In this document: positions 13,017 to 24,149 of the stretch, in pieces
How the letters are laid out: every line of letters starts with the position of its first letter
Numbering within the stretch: position 1 is the first letter of the stretch
DNA from: Podarcis vaucheri
Lineage: Eukaryota
DNA: 64,000 bases
Reading direction: 5' to 3' (one strand)
NCBI GenBank assembly: GCA_965113315.1
Contig: OZ220367.1
Program-made: the position numbers and the translations under genes
Notes under the pieces: model-generated
The model's input: only the letters and a program-made list of their open reading frames with translations
The model's database searches: none
Told to the model about the DNA's origin: nothing

Positions 13017-13605
13017 GAACCAGCTCCAAAGACATTTAAATCATACAGCCTGTTATAGTTTGCCTTGTCTTTTGTGGATCTTGGCCAAAGTTGTAATACC
13101 TTTTTAAAAAAAACCACAGGAATAGATTCAAAATTTATAGGCTCAATATACATTTTAATCAAATAGATAACATATGGGCATGAAATCATGTTAGCCTCTC
13201 TTAAAAGGGCCCCGAGCATCAGAAGAAAAGAAAGGAGCATGCCAAACCTCAACATCAGGATCTGCTGATTTTAGAGTGGGTTTGATGTGTCAGCTAACCA
13301 GACATTGTGAAGAAACCCCAACCCGTCTCACAAGATACAGAAGGGCAAGAAATCATCAGCCAGTTTGAGTAGTCAAAGAAATGCCTTTGCAAAGAGTCAA
13401 ATTCCACCAAACTCATAAAGATAGATTTCACCGTGTCTCTCTGTGTGTGCCTAGTGGAGCCAGGACATGGAAGTCTGCTAGTGGTTAATCACAACACAGA
13501 TGGATATGCTATTAAATAGGCCACAGGTCTGTCTTGGGTCAAGATTTTTATAACAATACATTGTTCTAAGTAACAATTCCCATACCAGATTGACACCATG
13601 CCTAC

Positions 13606-13632
13606 CTTCATGCTAGGCTCCCCCTTTTCACC
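13606..13632 (-). CDS. COL13A1: COL13A1 exon, 27 nt, GEKGEPSMK
   Basis: long pyrimidine tract, ttgcacag|GGT GAA AAG GGG GAG CCT AGC ATG AAG|gtaggc; third Gly position is Ser. Confidence 0.78.
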
Positions 13633-14337
13633 CTGTGCAAGGGAAAACAAAGAGAAGAAAATGGGGGGGGGGGTAGAAAAAGAGGGGGGAGGACAGGCAG
13701 AAATAAGAAATTAGGGGAAATGAGCTGCATTGAGAAATGGATGAGAAATGAAGGGTGGCACACTTGAAAACTATGTAGGTTGTAGATAGACAAAATTTAA
13801 GATGGTATGACAGAGCGCACAGTGTACACATACATTTTTTCCTTCTTCTATTGTCTCTGGCTTCACAGGTTTTTTCAAGCGCTATAAAACCAAGCAACTT
13901 TCTTTGACCAGAAACAAGAGCACAGAGTATTGTTTGGGCTAGAACCCAGCCATAGCATCTGTTTTCAATGCCAGGATTCAATTCTAGAACATATGAGATC
14001 AGAATACTCCTCTCACCACTAATTAATGGGAGAAAGCCTCTGCAGCAGGAATTAGAAATTCCTGGGCAAAGAGTGGTGTTTTCACCTGCCCTAGCAAAAG
14101 TGAGGCGGCGGGGGGGGGGAATGTTTCTACTACCCATCACAATGGGCCACTAAACCTTCAGGTCAAGACTGGGGAAAAATATTTGCCATACATGTGTGCA
14201 GAATGTCCTCTGGGTGCAACACCACTCCTCTTGTCCATGTAAGGGGTGCTCATATGAACATCATTGTTGTAACACAGTGAAGTAGCAATCAGTTGAATTT
14301 GGGACATGGGAAGTTGCTGGTGCAATGCAAAAGTTAC

Positions 14338-14400
14338 CTTTGGGCCAGAAGGACCAGGAAGGCCAGGGGTGCCAGGTAAGCCAGCCTCACCCACCTCACC
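14338..14400 (-). CDS. COL13A1: COL13A1 exon, 63 nt, [21 protein letters not shown]
   Basis: cttttccccag|...|gtaact; 7 perfect Gly-X-Y triplets. Confidence 0.93.
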
Positions 14401-15608
14401 CTGGGGAAAAGATACAAGGAAAGACAGGAAGGAATAGGTACAGATAAGGGTCATAAAAAGTCAAGTTTTCTGGCTAAGAAGAAATATGATTAAAGAAGTG
14501 GTGGACAGTAATCTCAGGATGACACCCTTGCTGGATTAATACAGGAAGGTATTCAAAAAAGCAACAACAACACATACCTCTCCTGTATCAGTATCTACAG
14601 CCACAGCAGGCACTATAACCTTCCAATAGTTTGATTTCACCCCCAAAGGTACACTGCACCATTGTCTCCCGAGACAGACGGATGCCAACCAAACCAAGTC
14701 AACACTTTCCCCATGTTTCACCTAACACCTGAGTTCCATGACCCAAGTCACAAGATTTAGAAGCCATCTCTTGGAAACTGCTGGGACTCAACCCTAGCAC
14801 CAAAATGAACCTACTAGACTTATAACATTCAATATAACTTGCAGCACGATAAATCAAGGAAATCATAATAAAAGGACTCATTGTAAAAATAACAGAAGCG
14901 TCACAAACTCCAACAAAGTGGTAAGTAAGATCAGCCATATAAGGCAAGTAGGTAAGAGCTGACCCAAACGTTTCAGTGGACTGTATCATCCCAGAAGATA
15001 CATGGGGAATTGCTTCTTCGAAAGTGCTCACATTATCAAAATCTCTCTCTGTGTATGTTCCTGACATTAGCTTTCTATGTGCAAGGAGGTTTTCATGTGC
15101 CCCTCTGACAGTTTGGATCGGGTCTAATCAGATTCAGCCAAGGGTGGAACCACTGAAGGATACCCAGAGTTTGTACATTTTGCATGTGAATGTGGATTCA
15201 AACTCATTTTTATTCCAGATAGGTGTCAAATCTTCAGGGGCTTACAGTTGTTCCTGGCAGAAACTGTCGTAAGCAACCAAGAGAGCCTGAAAAATTGGAA
15301 ACTTCTCCAGTCCCACCCTCTTGTTAACAGATTCTACCCATGGGGCATGACAGAGGTTGTGATGGCTGCAGGGGAAGAAGTCACACTTACTTCAAGCCCC
15401 GTCACTCCCAGCCGAAGCTGCTCAAGGTAGGAAATGAGCAAAGTGTGATAACCAGGATATGCTTGTGTCTGTGTGCATGAGTAAGGCAAGGATGGTGTAT
15501 CTTTGCCAGCACTTTCCCAGATGGCTCAGATCTACATTAATGCATTTCAAACGCTGCTGTGCTTAGTTCATTTTCTAGTCTTATGCTTCTAAAAAACAAC
15601 AACCATAC

Positions 15609-15644
15609 CTTTCTTCCATGGTACCCCTGAATTCCAGGGTCCCC
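15609..15644 (-). CDS. COL13A1: COL13A1 exon, 36 nt, [12 protein letters not shown]
   Basis: tttacag|...|gtatgg; identical to human peptide as recalled. Confidence 0.95.
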
Positions 15645-15960
15645 CTGTAAATGCCAATTGAAATAAAAACACAAACAAGGATTGAGTTAGGTTGCATTCA
15701 GACTGAAACTCCTTTCCCTTTATGAACATGTACGTAAGAATCTGAGGGGGACATAGACAGATACAGGAGTCCCAAAGAAGAGCTGTGGGGTATTCATGTC
15801 CCTTGCAAATTTTTCAGCTCACTTAACTCTAATATTGGACCATTCTAGCCTTTAGGGATCTTTGCATGACCAAATGTTGAGTATTACCTGCCCCTCTTTG
15901 GAGGAGTAGAAAAAGTAGTGGCATGCAGTAGCAAGGAGAATTTTATAGTATCAAAAATAT

Positions 15961-16528
15961 TGTCCTGGCTCCCGCCCAACACATTCAGACAGAAGCTCTT
16001 CCTTGAAGTTAAAAAAGAGATATTTATTCAGGCAAGTAACAGTGCAGGTTTGGCAGCAGACCCAGTGCTCAGGAGCCAGGATTAAGAAGTTCAGGAGCAG
16101 GCAAGAAGTTCAGAATTGGACAGAAGCGATGAATACGTCCCAACAAGTTTCCCTGCCCCTCTTGCCAAGCTTTGTAAAGCAAGGCTTGGGATGCTCACTC
16201 ACGAGACTCTCTCACCTTGTAAGAATGACAATTTTGCAAGTACACACTCCATCGGTGCAAGCTGGTCTGCTCCCTGCCTGGTTCTAAAAGACAAGGTTGC
16301 ACCCTCCTGTTCAGTCACTGATGCCTCCCTGTTCAGCTTCCCCTCTCAGTTGACCAAAGCCCTTCCTAAAAAAGGTCAGAGGGGAGAACGTGCACCCCTG
16401 CTCTCTTTTCCAAAGTAACTGAAATCAGGGTGGAAAGGGGAGATCCCTGTTCCTCGGTTTCTTCTTCCTCCTCTTCCTCCTCCAGAGCCTGCCAACCCAA
16501 TCTTAATTGTGCTGTGGAGCTCATTACA
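15961..16528 (-). mobile_element. Possible solo LTR
   Basis: TG...CA ends; flanks aatat / gatat (4/5 TSD match); minus-strand AATAAA near 16024. Confidence 0.4.
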
Positions 16529-16866
16529 GATATGCAGGTTTTTAAAGCTAAGTTTCTCTCTGTTCAAAAGGTGTGGAAGAATGATTTTACTTCCTAGCTA
16601 GTTCCTGGCATACTTCCCAACCTCTTCTAACTGGCTCTTAGTTTGTGGTTCTAAATCAGGTAGGGCCTGATTCAAAACTGGTCTTATGTGAAGGTAAGAA
16701 TATGATTAGGAGGAACATGAGCTCTTCACGCATTACTAATTCTCACACTAATAAACACATTAAGGCAAACAGGTTGTCCTTATTTTCCTATACCTTCCAA
16801 AGGTACATACACAGTAGGTTTATTCAGAACTTGTTCCTTTGCTATATATAGATTTGAGCCTGTGCT

Positions 16867-16916
16867 TCTAAGATGCATTAAACATGACAAGTCTAAGATG
16901 CATTAAACATGACAAG
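16867..16916. repeat. Perfect 25-bp tandem duplication (tctaagatgcattaaacatgacaag)x2
   Basis: Directly visible. Confidence 0.95.
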
Positions 16917-17171
16917 TCAGGGTCATGGATCCTTAAATAAACAAATTAATTAGAAGATCCCTAATACTTTTGTGTGTGTAGGGTTTTCCCTTGTTCATTC
17001 TCAAAGCATGATAGACTAACTCTCTTGTAATTAAACCATTTTGCAGCATCCTGAGAACAGTTTATAACCACATTCTGGACTTCACTGCATTTCACATTTC
17101 ACTCACAAAGTATTTGAAATTTTAGAGGGCAGTTTTTATATCTGGTATTTCTTCTGAGTTGCTTTACTCAC

Positions 17172-17198
17172 CTTTGGTCCAGGAGGTCCTGGCAAGCC
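17172..17198 (-). CDS. COL13A1: COL13A1 exon, 27 nt, GLPGPPGPK
   Basis: ttttatctgcag|...|gtgagt. Confidence 0.94.
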
Positions 17199-18155
17199 CT
17201 GCAGATAAAAGCATATGACATCATGAAGTAGTAAAAACCTGAAAATCCCCACAGCACTGGGCAATATGCTAAGTTCTGTACTACATTTACTTCTCCTTAT
17301 ACCATACCACCATATATTTTATCTTTTATTACTTAAATAATGTATGCAGAAATTATCCTCTGTAGTAAGTAAATGAATTCTAAGCCCCATATCAAGCATG
17401 CACCATGTTGCATTATTTCTCCTTTATAGACCCTGAACTATTCATTTTAATAAATGTCAGCTGATAGTTCACAAACATCTTTCCATACACCCAAACTACT
17501 AGGCTATGGTCCCAAATTTGAAGAGACAGAGCTTATTGGGATGGCAAAATAATAATAATGCATTTTAGGCCCATGACTGCAGAGAAGCCGCACCATTAAA
17601 GCACTGTAAATCACCCCTGATAGAGCTACAATTCTCAACACCCTTAACAAACTACAGTTCCCAGGATTCTTAAGGTAGGAAGGATATGCTTTAAAAGTAC
17701 TTCAAATGTATGGTGTGTATGCAGCTCAGGACTCTTTCCCTCCCTCTCTTTTTCACAGATAATAAGCCTGTTTGTGCTTATAAGTGCTTATCCTAGGATT
17801 AAAGCAAGATGAGTTGAAAAAATTTCTCACTCCCAATTATTTCAAGTTAACCCTCCATCATGCACTCAAATCATTAGGCTGAAGTTCATAGGATTAAAAA
17901 ATAAATAAATCCTAGAGTTCAGAGGGGTTTTAAAATCCGAGAACAGAGTAACTGGACTTTTAGACGAAGCTGGCAAGAGAATGATCACTGAATGACCAAC
18001 TCCCTTCACTGCTTGCCTACCCTTCCCTTAATGCATGCAGTTGTATGGCACTGTTGAGCCAGCATTCATTATGTCCCTTAAAGGCACCAAGAAATAAATC
18101 ACGTTCATGCAAGCAAATGCAGCAACCGTAGTAAAGGAAAAGATGAAACGGATAC

Positions 18156-18197
18156 CTTTCCATCCTTGCCAGGCTTCCCTGGTTCTCCTGCTTTTCC
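18156..18197 (-). CDS. COL13A1: COL13A1 exon, 42 nt, [14 protein letters not shown]
   Basis: gttgccttag|GGA...AAG|gtatcc; five in-register glycines; length is not a multiple of 9. Confidence 0.82.
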
Positions 18198-18571
18198 CTA
18201 AGGCAACACAGAAATGTGTCTTTCAGAGATGCCAGCTTGGTAAACCCTTATTTCAACAAGAGTGATTTTGACCATTTGAAAATGCTTACTGTCGCTGCAG
18301 GAATGGTGCTGTTACCAGAACATCAAATAGAATTTGAGGCTTTTAAAAGTTGGGCGTCCTGCTGAGAGTGACATAATTGCAGCCAGAGTGTGACTTCTTC
18401 ACCCTGGAAGTTCCCACAGACTGGGGTAGAGGAAATGGAATCCTCATGTAACATGGGAGGATTTGGGGCCCCACCATTGCAGAACCACCATGGAGGTAAA
18501 AGCCAGATCTTTGGTTCTTCGGAGAACAGGAAGTATGGGAAACAGACACAAGCAATTGAAGAGGTACTTAC

Positions 18572-18670
18572 AGCTGGTCCAGTTGGTCCAGGTTGTCCTG
18601 GAGTCCCTGGGAGGCCTGGTGGCCCAGGTGGCCCTGGAGGCCCTTGGATTCCTGCCTGTCCCTGTTCACC
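18572..18670 (-). CDS. COL13A1: COL13A1 exon, 99 nt, [33 protein letters not shown]
   Basis: cctcag|...|gtaagt; visible inside ORF 18323..18712. Confidence 0.96.
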
Positions 18671-19119
18671 CTGAGGTGTATTGAAAACAACGCTATCATC
18701 AGTGCAGCACAATGACCCTGGAGCATGATCTATAGCAAGCAGAGCCTGAGCAAAGGAAGAAGAGCCAAGCCAAGCAAGTTGCTGTTAGTAAGTACCTGAA
18801 GGGGGTTTCCAAAACTTGGGCAAAGGGCAACGTGTGGGTGGGCTTTCTACATGGATTCCTGAATGACTTTAAAGCTCCCGTCAGAAGGAATACAACTCTC
18901 AATCAGATCTTAGACTGGGAAAGCGAGCATCAATACTAAAGCCCATCAAACGAGCCCTTGCCATTGTTCTTAAGGCTTCTCCTTCTTCTGCCCTTCCTTA
19001 CAGATTTACAGACCGGAGGTTTCAGGGATGTCTGAATGACACAAGACAACAGCCCCCTAAACTACTACTTCTGTTCCATCTCTGTCTCATTTCTGTACTT
19101 GCTTCTGCTGCTTCTTTTC

Positions 19120-19285
19120 CTGTATTCAAAAGACTCCTTAAAAGCTTGTTTTCTCTCAGGCTTTAAGAATTTTGTTTGCTTGTTTTACTGATGTTGTTTA
19201 TCATTTATTTTACATTGCACCTCACCCTGGTATCAGTACCGATGAAGGGTGAGCTACAAATCCTTTAAATAAATACAATAAAAAA
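19120..19285 (+). mobile_element. L2-type 3' end remnant
   Basis: T-rich tract, caccctg...gaagggtg stem-loop, aaataaata tail. Confidence 0.5.
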
Positions 19286-20961
19286 TACAATCTATTTTGG
19301 TGCATTATTATCACTATCTCTACTGAATATTGCTCCTTCCTAACAGAATGCAAAATAGAATGTGTGAAGAACGAACCCTGGTTGCATCTGCTTTTTCTCT
19401 ACCCAACCTTGACTATGTCCTGAATTCCAGCTGTCTGTTTCGTTGACTTCCCTGTTTTGTTTTTTTACACCCAGCCAAAGTGGTTGTGTGAGATAGCCTG
19501 CAGTGAACTCTAACAGAACATTAAATCCACACACAATGAAACAACTTGGTGCTTAGCAAAACTTTTAAAAAAATTATATAGCTCCAATTAATGGTTAAAA
19601 ATAGGCATGTGACATCCGATAAGTATGGCGTTTGATCTCTGACTTACTCCCTCCATCCAGTTACATTCCAGATGAATCCTAGAGGGCCATTCCAGGCTAA
19701 AAGTATTCATAAGCATACCATAATGCCACAGTAACAAGAGGCTTTGTGTGGGTTGGCATCTCACTATAGAGAACTCTTGCTGAGATGAACCATCTGCACT
19801 CATCTACACAAACACACATAATACTGTCCTCAAACAAAGCCAAGGGCACTGCGGCTGTATCCTCTGAAGGATGTTGTAGGCAGCTGAGCCAGTACTTGCC
19901 AAATGCCCATGTATAAATCTCCATAGATATACAAGCTAATTCATTCCAGTGCCTTCATTCAAAGTGACATAGCTATCTCTAGAGGAGTTGAAGAGATTGT
20001 CAGCAGAGGTTCCCTTACTGTTAGTGCTACAGTCTGTCTGTCTGGGAAGTCAAAGGGTGTTTGCTGTGGATGCAATCAGGATATTATTTTGTGTGGCAAC
20101 TGTGTTTAGTAAAGTTACACTGACCTATCAAAACCAACACTTTCCACAGTAAACATATTAAGTGTAGACACTCCCAGAGGAGCCATGACCAGTCTGGTGT
20201 CCATGACACAAATCCTCAGGTATTTAGAGATGGGTGCCTGTTTGTCACACTTTGCCAGGCCTTGAGAACGTCTGATCTAGCAAGCTGAAAACAGCCACCC
20301 TACAATGTGTTGTGGTGTTCTGGGTGCTTAACAGTCCCCTTGTTTTTAAAGGTCTAGACAGTTTGCTGAGCCTCTGGGTTACCATACACTACATTCTGCT
20401 TGATAGGTCCCAAGTTGTGCAAACTTGCCTTAAAATATATGTTTACATGTTTACTGCAGGCGATACCTGCATGACACCAGTGCATAGTCTCGTGGTAAAC
20501 ACAGCCTCAGTATAATGCATGGGGGGGCTCTTAGATTCAGTTCTTCTTCAGATATTCTATAGTATTGCAAGGGGAGGTCATTTGCTCTCTCTCCAAGAAA
20601 AAGAAGCAATCCCTTTCTTCAAGTATATCCTGTGAAAACCTTGTTCTTCCTCAATAACACTCTTTCTTGCAGCATCTTGTGTGGCCCTGAAATCAGATCA
20701 TCAGGAGAAGCAGCCAAAATATTTCTGTTCATGCTTAGCTGCTTAAACTGAGAGCGCAAGCACACAAGTGAACTAAAACCAGCTTGTGGGGTCATTTCTG
20801 ATGTACAGGCATGTCAAATGGTGGATAAAACTGACTCTCTAAAGAAATCCCTGCTTCTTCTAGTTTTCATGAAACCCTCTTTAAGGAAGAAAGGAAGCTG
20901 ATTAATCGCCAGTCTCTGAATGAAAAGAAAATGCTTAAAACCAGGAAAAGAAGAAGGATAC

Positions 20962-21027
20962 CTGGAAGGTGCGTCTCTTTATGACTGGGGGTGGAGCCAG
21001 CCGCACTGAATTGAGAAGAGGCAACAG
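20962..21027 (-). CDS. COL13A1: COL13A1 NC2 exon, 66 nt, [22 protein letters not shown] (alternative)
   Basis: cttcttcag|CTG...CAG|gtatcc; peptide identical to human as recalled. Confidence 0.95.
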
Positions 21028-23295
21028 CTGAAGAAGACCGAGCCAGGAGGTCACAGGGCAAGGGCCAAAGGTCACAAGGCAAAGGAGGTCAGTAGGGCAT
21101 CAAAAGTCATACAGAACAGCCAATGAAGAAAATGGAAAGGGGGTGGGGAAGGAAAACAATGAAAGGATGTAATGAAAGTAAGTCACAGTTCAGAGACAAG
21201 AATGAAGGGCAATGGAAAAGGTATCTGTCATTAGGAACCTTTTGGCAAGCCTCTTGAGCTCTTCTATGTTCCATTTTAATATTTTGAACATAGGCTTTGG
21301 TTTTATTCTTCAGGCTTCAGAGTACTCTAGTTTTTGTTTTTTTAAATACTTTCTAGTTATATAACATGGAAGAGAAAAGGCTGATTATGCTGTCACCTTC
21401 TGCTGTGTATCATTGCAACTAAGCATAGCACTTGCTACCCTCCACACCTGTAGTCTCTAGGCAGAGTACTTCTGCTCTAAATTTGCTTCTTGTTATTTGC
21501 ACTTCTCTGTTTGCATCGTATTCTTCTCTTTGCTTCACCCAAAGTCTCCATTCCTCACTGGTTGTTTTTGTGCTCTCCTTATTACCAGATATAGTTCATT
21601 TCTTGACCATTCTTTTTTGTTGCTAGCTAATTCCATAGCAAATTTGCTAATCACTGCAAAGGCTATTCTGATTACAACAGATATTCTCAGCAAACCATTT
21701 TTCATCCCTTAGATAGGCCAAACTGTATTAGAGAAAACTAGTCATTATAGTAAAAGAAGTGTGCCTGCTTTTTTAAAACACCCCCCCAGTGAAAATGGAT
21801 ATGAAGAAGGCATCTTTTAAATTTCTGAAGGAATGAATGCAGAATAACTTGAAGACTTCATTCCAACAAGGAATCCAGCTCTGCATCTTGGCAGAACATT
21901 CACTCCCTGCCAAGTCCAACTATAGGAGATTTTTCTCAGAACTCATTCCTTCAGTGTTCCAAACATGAGCTTCACATGGAGGTCATTTCACTCTTCAGTT
22001 TTACCATACCTGACCTCACAAAAGAAATTAGTATGCATGAGATGCATTTCTAATTTCAGCATCTTTCCAAAGTTTACTCCACATCATTCTACATTGCGTG
22101 TGTGAGCGTGTGTATGTCTTGCCTCACAGCTGTCTCTATGCGTGTCCATTTTAAATCCAAAGCCATGTGTTCCATGCTACAGATATCCATTCCACCTCAC
22201 AAAAATGGCTCAAGGAAAGCAAACATATCTATGCATATCTATGCATATTCTGCCTGCCAAATATTCAATGAACTATTCCAACCGCTGCATATGCTTATCC
22301 TCACTCTACAACTAGAATCACTCCTGATTTTCACTAGTATATGTGCAAGAACAATCAGGTCTTGTTACAGCTCAAAAATGCAGATGCCTGTAATTTCATT
22401 TGAGGCTGAGAGGTATGCCTGCAGGTCTCCCATGACAGCAACTGTGTACACTTCAGAGAGTACACTTTCTTCCCCTTATTTATGGCTGCTTGCTCTTTAG
22501 TGCAGGCCAAGTTCCAGTCTTGTTGCAAAACTGAAATGTCATCACAATATTGCAGCACTGCAACCCAGTCATTCTGGGCAGCTTGTTAAAAATAGAAGAC
22601 GTGTTGTGGTGGTAAAATTGGAAGAGCAGTGGTTGGATTAAGAAGGCCACAATCAACAGCAGATCCAAAGACCACAGAGGGGCTCAGTCTGTGAATCACA
22701 GAAAAAGGCACTGCACATTCCCTGTAATTCTTAAGAGGCGACAAAGGGAGCTGAATTTGGGGAAGCTGTAGCCCTCTTCAGGTGTTTTTCTCCCCACAAT
22801 CTCTGTTGTGCAGAAAGAGACACACACAGCAGAGCCACATGTGCTTCCTCTGCCCCCACCACAACACCACACATCTGCCTGTTCCCGGCATCATCAACAT
22901 GTTGGGGGAAGATCTAAAGCAGGGTGGGAACTGCCTGACAAACACACAGGCTGCCCTGTGAGCTGGAACCCTGCGTGCTCCTGGAGGCAGCCTCTGCATG
23001 CTCAGCAGGCATATCCCCTTCAGACATTCCCCCAATGTATCAACACTGTGGGGACAGTATAGGGTGTGGTGAGGCATGCAGACAAGCACATTCAGCCCCA
23101 CTAGTTCTCTTTATGTGAGTGAGACAGTACGGAGATAAACACCTGAATAGGATTTTCATATTCCATCTGTTCTGTGTGAGGTGTTAGATTTGAGCAAACA
23201 TGGCACTGAGGAAGATTTGGAATGCCATCCTTAGGTCCAGCTGTTTTTTTCTGATGTCTCACCTTTCCTAACAAGAAGCATAGGATTATCTAGGG

Positions 23296-23421
23296 CAGGT
23301 TTGAGGAAACTGTGGCCTGCCAGATGATGCTGATCTCCAAACTCTTATCGGCCCTGGTCAGCCAGGAATGAGGGGAGTTGTAGTCCAGAAACATTAGGAA
23401 AGCCACAGGTTTCCTGTTCCT
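23296..23421. mobile_element. hAT-like palindromic MITE with a SINE inserted at its right end
   Basis: gaaactgtggc...gccacaggtttc inverted arms and gggagttgtagtcc core; TSD-like atctaggg (23288-23295) / atctagga (23560-23567) brackets MITE plus SINE. Confidence 0.65.
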
Positions 23422-23560
23422 AGCTCATCTGTTAGAGCATGGTGCCAATAATGCTAAGGTTGCAGGTTCAATGCCCATATAGGGCAATTGCATATTCCTG
23501 CATTTCAGGGGGGTGGACTAGATGATCCTGAGGGTCCCTTCCAACTCTATGATTCTATGA
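23421..23560 (+). mobile_element. tRNA-derived SINE with CR1-like (ATTCTATG) tail; partial copies at 25782-25864 (+) and 61837-61902 (-)
   Basis: tagctca...ggttcaatgccc...ggactagatgatcctgagggtcccttccaactctatgattctatga. Confidence 0.82.
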
Positions 23561-23704
23561 TCTAGGAGTGCCTTTCACATGTCTTATAATCAACTGTGAA
23601 ATTGCTCAATAGAAGGGACTCCTCTTGAGGCAAGATCTAAAAACACAGACAAGGCAAAATAGTGCTGATCAGTTTAAACCTTCAAAATATCGAGTTGGGT
23701 TAAG

Positions 23705-23800
23705 AATGAAACCCTGGGGAACTGCCACCAGCCAGGGTAGACAGTGCTGAGCTATATGGAACAGGGGCCTGGCTCAGTATGGCAGCTTCCTATGTTCCTA
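23705..23800 (+). mobile_element. 3' part of a second tRNA-SINE family (gtagaca...ggcagcttcctatgttccta tail); other copies at ~40615-40775 (-), ~54100-54290 (+), 56675-56843 (+)
   Basis: Shared tail among copies; the 56675 copy starts ggggccatagctcagtgg (tRNA A box). Confidence 0.6.
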
Positions 23801-24092
23801 AATAAATATTGAGATGACAGTCATTAACGACTACTGGAAGGTGAGCTCAGGATAGTTCAGATGGCATGACTATGATATACAGAATGTTTTTCTTTACATC
23901 ATTTGCCTTTTCCCACAGTGAAAAACTGAAGTCTGATGGTAGCATATATTTTACACATTTTCCTTTATTGGAGGGGGGGGGGTAGCGTCCCACAGGTATG
24001 TTATTGGATCTTTTGCCACTGAGAACATGCAATATTGGATTCATCTCCTTGGCCTTTTGCAACAGGACCAGTTAAACCCTTTCCCCACAAAC

Positions 24093-24149
24093 CTTCAGTG
24101 TAAGGATCTGATTAGAACGCAGGGCTGCAAGTGTGGTGCTTAGGTATTC
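24093..24149 (-). CDS. COL13A1: COL13A1 NC2 exon, 57 nt, EYLSTTLAALRSNQILTLK (alternative)
   Basis: tccccctag|GAA...AAG|gtttgt (weak donor); AALRSxQIxxLK motif shared with mammalian NC2 as recalled. Confidence 0.9.

Noticed and set aside
20962-20990. IKRR as a second furin shedding site in NC2
   Set aside because: It lacks the P4 Arg of the R-X-K/R-R consensus. The established shedding site is in NC1, outside this window.
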